This document shows positions 56,559 to 64,000 of a stretch of 64,000 nt of DNA, piece after piece. The notes under the pieces were generated by a model, which saw nothing but the letters and a program-made list of their open reading frames with translations, had not been told where the DNA came from and did not search any database. Positions within the stretch are counted from its first letter, which is position 1; every line of letters starts with the position of its first letter. A program made the position numbers and the translations under genes. The DNA lies in assembly GCA_015057505.1 (NCBI GenBank), contig SVEG01000008.1, positions 8,682-72,681 of the forward strand, read 5' to 3'. This DNA is from Lachnospiraceae bacterium (lineage in GTDB: Bacteria > Bacillota > Clostridia > Lachnospirales > Lachnospiraceae).

Positions 56559-57587
56559 CTACATTTTACTTAATATCGCATATGTCCGTTTAGCAACATC
56601 GGACAATTTTTCCTGGAACTCCACTGCACCGGCATCATATGCCACCTTCGGCATACCGTATACAACACAAGTCGATTCATCCTGTCCGATAGTCCTTGCT
56701 CCTGCCTTCTTCATGGTCAGAAGCCCTTTGGCTCCATCTCCTCCCATACCTGTTAATATAATACCTATTGCTTTATCTTTAGCTACTTCAGCAACCGAAG
56801 TAAATAAAACATCTACTGACGGTATATGCCCGCTGACTCTTTCACCTTTTTTAATAACAACCTGCATAACACCATTCACATTAACAAGTTGCATGTGAGC
56901 ATCACCTGCAGGAGCAAGAAGTGCCTGTCCCGGTATCACAATATCACCGTTTTTTGCCTCTTTTACCCTGATTTTACAACGCTTATCGAGTCTCTGAGCA
57001 TACATATCCGTAAATCCGGGAGGCATGTGCTGAACCATGACAATTCCAGGAATCTCCGTCCCAAATTCATTAAGTACCGCCGCAATCGCTTCCGGACCTC
57101 CTGTGGAAGCTCCAATGGCAATTACGACTTCTTTTGCCTTACCTGTAAGCGACTGCTTTGCAAACTCTATAACATTACGCTTAATTCTGCCTACTTTTGC
57201 AACAGAAGCAATTTTAATCTTTATCGGAAGTTCATTTTTAACAAATGCTTCAAGCTGTGCTACCCCTACACCAACGGGTTTCGCCACAAAATCAACAGCA
57301 CCCGCATTAAGTGCATCAAATACCCTGTTACTTAAAGTACTTATAACTATTACGGGAAGCGGATGCTGTGGCATAAGCATTTTCAAAAACTCAATACCAT
57401 CCATCTTTGGCAATTCTATATCTAAAGTCATGACATCCGGCTGATATTTTAGAATTGCATCCCTTGCTTCAAAAGGATCCTTTGCCAGAGCCACTACCTC
57501 AATCAATGGATCCTCACTCAAGCCCTGCACCAAAAGCTTCCCAAATACCATTGAATCTTCAACAACCAAAACTTTTATTCGTCGCAT
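56559..57587 (-). CDS. cheB: Protein-glutamate methylesterase CheB
   Basis: REC plus methylesterase domain (IAIGASTGGPEA, VQHMPPGFT, GMGGDGA). The ATG at 57587 is preferred over the track start at 57605. Confidence 0.9.
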   Translation of the reverse strand: MRRIKVLVVEDSMVFGKLLVQGLSEDPLIEVVALAKDPFEARDAILKYQPDVMTLDIELPKMDGIEFLKMLMPQHPLPVIVISTLSNRVFDALNAGAVDFVAKPVGVGVAQLEAFVKNELPIKIKIASVAKVGRIKRNVIEFAKQSLTGKAKEVVIAIGASTGGPEAIAAVLNEFGTEIPGIVMVQHMPPGFTDMYAQRLDKRCKIRVKEAKNGDIVIPGQALLAPAGDAHMQLVNVNGVMQVVIKKGERVSGHIPSVDVLFTSVAEVAKDKAIGIILTGMGGDGAKGLLTMKKAGARTIGQDESTCVVYGMPKVAYDAGAVEFQEKLSDVAKRTYAILSKM

Positions 57588-57620
57588 GTACTTTCGTCCT
57601 TCCATCTTAAAAGTTGTTGT

Positions 57621-58694
57621 TTAACGAAGCTGTTTTACTATCTTTTTCATAATTGAAAATATATCCGGATTAAATTTTTTACCGGAATCCATCTCCATAA
57701 TCTTCATTGCATCTTCCATACCAAACGCGGCTCTGTACGTTCTGTCCGAAGTCAACGCACAATACGCACCTGCCACGGCAACAATCTGCGCCGAAATAGG
57801 AATCTCATCTGCTTTTTTGCCTTCCGGATAACCGCTTCCGTCCCAGTTCTCATGATGATAATTGGCTATTTCCATAGACATATTAACGAAACTGTTGTAA
57901 TTGCCGAGTTCCGCAACATCCTTCATTATTCTCGCACCTATAACAGTATGCTTCTGCATAGCAGCACTTTCTTCTTCTGTTAAACTACCTTTTTTCTGCA
58001 ATATATCCGTAGGAACTGCAAGGTTTCCCAAATCACAAAGCGGTGCGGCAAGTTCTATCATATCAATATAGTTGTCAGAAATTACCGAACCGTACTTGGA
58101 CGACAGTTGCATCGCCTCTGCCAACATCCTACTGTTATAGCAAAGTCTCTCCATATATTCTTCATCATAATTGGCATTCTCTCTGGCGACACGAATAAGT
58201 GCATACAAAACACTTTTTCTTACCGCCTCCATCTGCTTCATCTGCTCACTGATTGATATCTGAAGCTGGCGGTTTGATTCAGCCATACTTCTGTTAGACT
58301 CATATAAGCGAAGATGCATCCCGACTCTTGCCTTTACAACCTCCGGAATAAAAGGTTTGGTAACATAATCGGCACCTCCGAATTCAAAGCCCTTTACAAT
58401 ATCTTCAGCATCATCATATGCCGAAATAAAAATAATCGGGATATCTCTAAGTTCTGCATCCTCCTTTATCTTCTTACACACTTCATAACCGTCCATTTCA
58501 GGCATCGCTATATCAAGAATTATCAGGTGTGGTTTTATATACTGCATCATCTTTAAGGCCTGCATACCATTCTCGGTAAGCACAGGCTGATAACCCATGT
58601 CCTCTATTATACCGCGCAAAACAAATCTGTTTGCTTCCACATCATCTACAATTAAAATACGAGAGACATCCTTGTAAGCACTGCTGTCTGCCAT
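57621..58694 (-). CDS. Response regulator with HD-GYP domain (c-di-GMP phosphodiesterase type)
   Basis: REC (ILIVDDVEANR..ILDIAMPEMDG) followed by HD-GYP (HHENWDGSGYPEG). Confidence 0.9.
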   Translation of the reverse strand: MADSSAYKDVSRILIVDDVEANRFVLRGIIEDMGYQPVLTENGMQALKMMQYIKPHLIILDIAMPEMDGYEVCKKIKEDAELRDIPIIFISAYDDAEDIVKGFEFGGADYVTKPFIPEVVKARVGMHLRLYESNRSMAESNRQLQISISEQMKQMEAVRKSVLYALIRVARENANYDEEYMERLCYNSRMLAEAMQLSSKYGSVISDNYIDMIELAAPLCDLGNLAVPTDILQKKGSLTEEESAAMQKHTVIGARIMKDVAELGNYNSFVNMSMEIANYHHENWDGSGYPEGKKADEIPISAQIVAVAGAYCALTSDRTYRAAFGMEDAMKIMEMDSGKKFNPDIFSIMKKIVKQLR

Positions 58695-58705
58695 ATGTAC
58701 CTCCA

Positions 58706-60160
58706 CTATATCTGTTGCAACGAGTTTTTAAATAATTCAAAAGCTGCAACCGCTTTCTCATAGTCCCCTTTTTGCACTGCCATCTTAAGTCTTAATGCAG
58801 CACTTTTTATCTCCCTCGGTGCTTCCTCTGCCAGCTCTTTTATTGATTCAGCAAACATTTCAGCTTTTTCCCAGTTGTCCATCTCCATACTAAGAATAAG
58901 CTTTGTCAGCTTCTTTTCCAATTCTTCAAGATTTGCCGGCTCCCCAAATATCTTTATCCCGTCCCCCGAATCATTGTTCATCAGGTTTTGTAATTTATTA
59001 ATAATGGTCTGACGTTCATCCGGTTCCGTGACATATTCCTTTAATCCGTCATGTAATTCCCTTCCTTGTATCAGATAATCTTCTTCAGGGATCTCAACCC
59101 AAATATTAAAAGAAAATACCGTCCCTTTACCGACTTCGCTGTTGACATGAATTCCTCCACCCATAAGTTCAACAAGTTCCTTGCAAATACTAAGCCCCAG
59201 TCCCGTACCTCCGTACTTTCTGGATATGGATGCATCCACCTGTGAAAAACTTTTAAAAAGCTTATCCTGATCAGCCTTGGCTATGCCAATTCCGGTATCT
59301 ATTACAACAAAAAACAGTTCTGTCTTGGCGTCCATCTGCGCCGTCTTTACAATTTCAACATGTATCTCTCCCACCGAAGTAAATTTATATGCATTGGATA
59401 TCATATTATTCAGTATCTGAACAATTCTAAGCTCATCTCCAACAACAAACTTCGGTACTTCGGGCGAAACCGTTATCGAAAACTCCAACCCTTTTTCCGT
59501 AATTCTGTTAATATGATTACTCTTAACATAATCAATCATATTACGAAATTCAAATTTGCGTTCCTCCAAAATAAACTTGCCCGCTTCCAATTTGGAAAAA
59601 TCAAGGATATTGTTAATAATTGCATTCATATCCCTACAGCCACGCTCCACAAGTGCCAGTAGTTTTAATTTATCTTCATCTGATTCACGACTTATAAGTT
59701 CTCTAGTATTACCGAGTATTCCGTTAACGGGTGTTCTAAGTTCATGCGTTACATTAGCAACAAATTCCGACTTAACCTTAAGGGCTTCCTTAGCTTCCTG
59801 TTCCGCCAAAACGAGTTTCTTCTCCAGCGAAATTCTTTTTGAGGTATCACGCGCAACACATATATATTGCATATCATACTCAAGAACCTTCACTCTCGTC
59901 TGAAAACACGTCTTATTCTTACGGTAAGCCATGCTATCATATATTTCACCAAGTGTAACATCTGAATCTTTAATGCGGACACCTTTGGAGAAAAGTCCGG
60001 GATAAACATCCGAAACCAAAGTTCCGCACAAATCTTCCTCGAATTCCGTAAGTTCCTTAGCCCTTTTATTGGCATAAACAATCATCCCGAAATCATTAAA
60101 AACCATTATCATCTCCAGAGAATTGTCTGCAGCAAATTGAAACAAATTAGCTAGTTCCAT
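58706..60160 (-). CDS. Cytoplasmic PAS histidine kinase with C-terminal His-less Hpt-like bundle
   Basis: PAS-like N-terminus. HisKA (THELRTPVNGILG). HATPase (DTGIGI, GGTGLGLSI). The C-terminal 90 aa aligns to the Hpt domains of neighbouring kinases. Confidence 0.88.
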   Translation of the reverse strand: MELANLFQFAADNSLEMIMVFNDFGMIVYANKRAKELTEFEEDLCGTLVSDVYPGLFSKGVRIKDSDVTLGEIYDSMAYRKNKTCFQTRVKVLEYDMQYICVARDTSKRISLEKKLVLAEQEAKEALKVKSEFVANVTHELRTPVNGILGNTRELISRESDEDKLKLLALVERGCRDMNAIINNILDFSKLEAGKFILEERKFEFRNMIDYVKSNHINRITEKGLEFSITVSPEVPKFVVGDELRIVQILNNMISNAYKFTSVGEIHVEIVKTAQMDAKTELFFVVIDTGIGIAKADQDKLFKSFSQVDASISRKYGGTGLGLSICKELVELMGGGIHVNSEVGKGTVFSFNIWVEIPEEDYLIQGRELHDGLKEYVTEPDERQTIINKLQNLMNNDSGDGIKIFGEPANLEELEKKLTKLILSMEMDNWEKAEMFAESIKELAEEAPREIKSAALRLKMAVQKGDYEKAVAAFELFKNSLQQI

Positions 60161-60293
60161 GTTTTTCCCTCCAAAACACCCATGTTAAAATTATATAAAA
60201 TTTACCGCGAATTTACAAGATGTTTTTAATAAAATAGTAGTATTTTCTTATTTTTACTCATTTTTCGTAACATTTTGCAAATATTTAGAATAG

Positions 60294-60356
60294 CAAAAAA
60301 AAAGATGTTTTTTTTCGTGCTACAAATAGATTGCGACGCAAAAAAACATCTTTTTT
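60294..60356 (-). terminator. A/T-rich hairpin terminator after the 919-aa kinase gene
   Basis: AAAGATGTTTTTTT...AAAAAAACATCTTT with flanking T and A runs. Confidence 0.55.
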
Positions 60357-60365
60357 TAATTATTC

Positions 60366-63125
60366 CTATAATTTTTCTATTTTATCCACCAGTTTATCAA
60401 GCACTTCTATATAAACCGGATATTCTTTTAAAATAAATTCCTTATTACACTCTTTACCGGCAAACTCGTGTTTCTTGGACAGAGCCGAGAACTCAACTGC
60501 TCCTATATTAAGTGCATTTCCTTTAAGCGCATGTGCAACAATTGCATATTGCTCCCAATCTTCTTTTTCAAAAAACATTTCAAGCTGTGGCATATATTCT
60601 CTTACCTGCTCACAAAAAGCCTGCAACATATCTTTATATAGGTCTTCTGATTCCATGCAATATGAAAGACCTGTTTCCCTGTTAATGTCAAGAAGTTCTT
60701 TAGGCCATGCCAAAGCAAACTCATCCTTTCTATTTTGTTCTCCATCCATATGCACAAGATTTCTCGGAAGATACTGTAAAAGCAGTGCATCCAACTTGTC
60801 AGCCTGAATGGGCTTAGAAACATAATCATTAAATCCAAATCCGAGGTACATCTCCTTGCAACCTGCAATTGCATTGGCAGTCAGGGCAATAACCTTCGTT
60901 TCCTTATTCGGATTATCCGAATCCGAACGCAACATATTAAGTGTCTCGATACCATCAAGTTCAGGCATCATATGATCCATTAAGATAATGTTATAAAGTT
61001 TGGTTCTCGTCAATTCCAAACATTCTCTTCCACTTGATGCAAGATCTACATTAATCTGCGTACGTTTTAATAGATTTTTCATCAACGAGAGATTCATCGA
61101 ATTATCATCGACAACAAGTATATTGGCATTCGGTGCCGTAAACAATTTATCTAAAGACTTCATCGCCTTTCTTCTCTGCTTAAGAGATGTCTCAAAATTA
61201 CCTATAGGCTCTTCGTCAACAACTTTCTGCGGAATCGACACAGTAAAAGTACTTCCCTTACCATATTCACTGTCAACGGCAACATCTCCTCCCATCAAAT
61301 CTGTCAGTTTCTTTACTATATTAAGCCCAAGTCCCGTACCTTCGACATTTCGGTTTCTTTCAACTTCAAGACGCATAAAACTGTCGAACAGCCTTGACAA
61401 ATCCTCTTTCTTAATACCCATACCTGTATCAATTATCGAAAAACATAATGCTATTTTTTCGTCATCAATCCAGTTGTAAAATACTCTTATTGTAATATTT
61501 CCTTCTTTTGTGTATTTAACAGCGTTGGAAATAAGGTTGGTAAGAATCTGTTTAATACGAAGCTCATCTCCGTAAAGTCTTACAGGAATTCCCGGATCCA
61601 CAACCATTTTAGTCGCAATGGTTTTACCCTTCGCTCTTGCATTAAGCATAAGCATCTCATCTTTAAGAAGCGACGCAAGATCGTATGTATCCTCTACAAG
61701 TTCCAACTGTCCCGACTCGATTTTGGAAAAATCAAGAACATCATTTACAAGTCCGAGAAGCATATTACTTGCATTCTGAATGTTATGCGCATAATCCTTA
61801 ATGGACTCCTTCTCTGCCTCTCTTAAAATCATCTCATTCATACCCACAACAACATTGATAGGAGTACGAATCTCATGTGACATATTGGCAAGGAATTGTG
61901 CCTGCGCCTCCTTAGCCATAACGGCCTTCTGCTTAGCACGTTCCGTTCTCGCCAAATCCTGTCCCGTCTTAATAATAGCCATAACAAGCAGGAACAACAA
62001 ACCGATTGCCAGCACTGTACCTAGAGACAGGCTTGTTCCGATATAATACAAAATAATTTCAAGAATGGCCGTAAACAATAATCCGTAAATACCGATACCT
62101 ACCGCCACATAATCTTTAATCCTTTTTTTAAAGACGTCAACAGTTATCGTTCCTATAAGGACAGCAAGCGAAACAAATGTACTCGCATGAATAAACGGAA
62201 GTTGTGTTACAAATTGTACCACATCAAACACCTGTAATATCGTACCAACAACAAAAATCCCCATAGAATAAGCCATAGGAATACTGTACAGCTTAGCATA
62301 ACGGCCGTCCTGTATTTCATTCATATAAGACAGCAACGGTATGGAAATTATCATCAATGACCAATATGTGTAGTTGGTCAACACTGATACGTTCCTAAAC
62401 AGAATCTGTCTGAATTCAATCTCTGACAACATCCATAATGCACAGAAAAATATCGTCCATGCAAGATATCTGAGCGGCAGGTTCTTCTTATAAACATACT
62501 TAAGAATTGCACACACAACAATACAAAACAAACTCATCAACATAAGGAATACAGCTATTCCGGTTCTGAGTCCTGCTTCTCTTACAAGATTAATCAATAT
62601 CGCGGTTCTGTTTCCCCGTCTTACCATTCGCGTTGCACCGGCATATTTTGAATCACTTGAAAACTTATATGTAAGTTCCTTACCTGCATCGGACTCATCA
62701 AGTTCAAGAAAAATATAACGAAAAGCACTATTCGTACCATATAATCTTGAATCCTTAGTGTTATAGCTCTCTCTCAAAACACCGTCAATATATATATCAA
62801 CATCCTGCCAAACCGAACGGAAACACAGGCACTCTCCAGAATACACGTCTGCCGGCAATACAGTCACAAAGGTAACAACTTCTCCTCTCTCAGCTTCAAC
62901 CTTACCCGGGACTTCAACAGGAACCTTCTCACCGTTATCCTTAAGCTGATACCACTGCGCATCAAACTCCATATAATCCGAAGAAACCGCATCACGCTCA
63001 TCCGGCAACAGGTATTGTCCGCCTATAAAAAATACAAACATTAAAAAGGCAATAACGCAAAAATACGTCCAACTGCCCTTCATATATTTTGAAAGTATAT
63101 GGTTCTTTTTTTCTTCAGTCATCAT
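60366..63125 (-). CDS. 7TM-receptor-type hybrid histidine kinase (extracellular domain, 7TM, HisKA-HATPase-REC-Hpt)
   Basis: N-terminal TM plus about 170-aa extracytoplasmic domain plus about 7 TM. SHEIRTPINVVVG, DTGMGI, GTGLGLNI. REC (ILVVDDNSMN..MDHMMPELDG..LTANA). Hpt (IVAHALKGNALNIG). Confidence 0.9.
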   Translation of the reverse strand: MMTEEKKNHILSKYMKGSWTYFCVIAFLMFVFFIGGQYLLPDERDAVSSDYMEFDAQWYQLKDNGEKVPVEVPGKVEAERGEVVTFVTVLPADVYSGECLCFRSVWQDVDIYIDGVLRESYNTKDSRLYGTNSAFRYIFLELDESDAGKELTYKFSSDSKYAGATRMVRRGNRTAILINLVREAGLRTGIAVFLMLMSLFCIVVCAILKYVYKKNLPLRYLAWTIFFCALWMLSEIEFRQILFRNVSVLTNYTYWSLMIISIPLLSYMNEIQDGRYAKLYSIPMAYSMGIFVVGTILQVFDVVQFVTQLPFIHASTFVSLAVLIGTITVDVFKKRIKDYVAVGIGIYGLLFTAILEIILYYIGTSLSLGTVLAIGLLFLLVMAIIKTGQDLARTERAKQKAVMAKEAQAQFLANMSHEIRTPINVVVGMNEMILREAEKESIKDYAHNIQNASNMLLGLVNDVLDFSKIESGQLELVEDTYDLASLLKDEMLMLNARAKGKTIATKMVVDPGIPVRLYGDELRIKQILTNLISNAVKYTKEGNITIRVFYNWIDDEKIALCFSIIDTGMGIKKEDLSRLFDSFMRLEVERNRNVEGTGLGLNIVKKLTDLMGGDVAVDSEYGKGSTFTVSIPQKVVDEEPIGNFETSLKQRRKAMKSLDKLFTAPNANILVVDDNSMNLSLMKNLLKRTQINVDLASSGRECLELTRTKLYNIILMDHMMPELDGIETLNMLRSDSDNPNKETKVIALTANAIAGCKEMYLGFGFNDYVSKPIQADKLDALLLQYLPRNLVHMDGEQNRKDEFALAWPKELLDINRETGLSYCMESEDLYKDMLQAFCEQVREYMPQLEMFFEKEDWEQYAIVAHALKGNALNIGAVEFSALSKKHEFAGKECNKEFILKEYPVYIEVLDKLVDKIEKL

Positions 63126-63292
63126 TATGCCTCCGCTTTAGTAGCTGTATGTACAAAAGTCTTACCCATATTTTATATTACCATCAAAAATTATAACACA
63201 CACAAAATTTACTTGCAACTCTATTGCAAATTGCTTTTTTGTTATTTTTTTTGTATAATATAGAATATTACTTATTTTTAGGAGGTACACAT

Positions 63293-64000
63293 ATGGCGTG
63301 GTATGACGAAGCCGTATTTTATCATATTTATCCGCTCGGACTCACGGACGCTCCGAAAGAGAATTCTTACAGTGAACCTGTACACCGATTGAACACTTTA
63401 GTTCCGTGGATTTCACACATTAAAGGTATCGGATGTAACGCAATTTACATCGGACCGCTTTTTGAATCGGTCGGACACGGTTATGAAACCACCAATTACA
63501 AGAAGCTTGACAGTCGTCTCGGAACAAACGATGACCTTACTAATTTTGTAAAAGAGTGTCATGCTCAAGGAATCAGGGTTATTTTAGACGGTGTATTTAA
63601 TCATGTAGGCCGTGACTTCTTCGCTTTTAAGGATGTAAAACAGAACCGCGAGCAGTCACGATACACCGGTTGGTTCTGCAATGTGAATTTTTGGGGTAAC
63701 AATGAATATAACGACGGTTTTTCATATAATAATTGGGGTGGCTATAATTTGCTTGTTAAGCTGAACCAGAAAAATCCCGAAGTTCGTGATTATATCTGTG
63801 ATGTAATCCGTTTTTGGGTAAAAGAATTTGACATAGACGGCATTCGTCTTGATGCTGCAGATGTGCTTGATTTTGATTATATGAAGTCACTTCGCCACGT
63901 TGCCAATGAAGTAAAGTCTGATTTTTGGCTTATGGGCGAAGTAATTCACGGCGACTATATACGTTGGGCAAACGAGAATACTTTGCACTCCGTAACCAAC
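63293..64000 (+). CDS. GH13 alpha-amylase family glycosidase (N-terminal part; continues beyond window)
   Basis: AVFYHIYPLG, VILDGVFNHVG, DGIRLDAADVL conserved GH13 regions. AGGAGG RBS. Confidence 0.88.
   Translation, partial: MAWYDEAVFYHIYPLGLTDAPKENSYSEPVHRLNTLVPWISHIKGIGCNAIYIGPLFESVGHGYETTNYKKLDSRLGTNDDLTNFVKECHAQGIRVILDGVFNHVGRDFFAFKDVKQNREQSRYTGWFCNVNFWGNNEYNDGFSYNNWGGYNLLVKLNQKNPEVRDYICDVIRFWVKEFDIDGIRLDAADVLDFDYMKSLRHVANEVKSDFWLMGEVIHGDYIRWANENTLHSVTN

Overview
Low-GC, Clostridia-like (Lachnospiraceae-style) chromosomal segment, about 90% coding and mostly on the minus strand. The housekeeping backbone includes sod, tRNA-Gly, pepF, recJ, xerD, a NUDIX hydrolase, proC, rny, recX-recA with an SOS box, type A RNase P RNA, fchA-folD, thiT behind a TPP riboswitch, and argS. 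Five regions deserve a second look. (1) 14.8-21.7 kb: a tightly packed nine-gene operon with a wHTH/BTAD regulator carrying a degenerate GGDEF domain, a transglutaminase-like lipoprotein, a GspF/PilC platform, four small N-terminally anchored proteins, a PilT-family ATPase and an orphan. It has no extension ATPase, no prepilin peptidase and no canonical pilin. (2) 46.7-63.1 kb: a signalling supercluster in which CheB-CheY-CheA-CheW-MCP sits among four histidine kinases and a REC-HD-GYP protein. One kinase is a hybrid kinase-receiver fused to a DegV domain, and another ends in an Hpt-like bundle with Glu in place of the phospho-His. (3) A 281-nt near-perfect palindrome lies between the TPP riboswitch terminator and thiT. 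(4) The 3' end of tRNA-Gly recurs twice downstream, bracketing an opposite-strand BspA-type LRR lipoprotein gene. (5) An ABC / DUF1854 / ABC operon has zinc-ribbon N-domains and sits behind a leader-ORF plus terminator attenuator. All homology calls come from reading motifs by eye. No database search was run.
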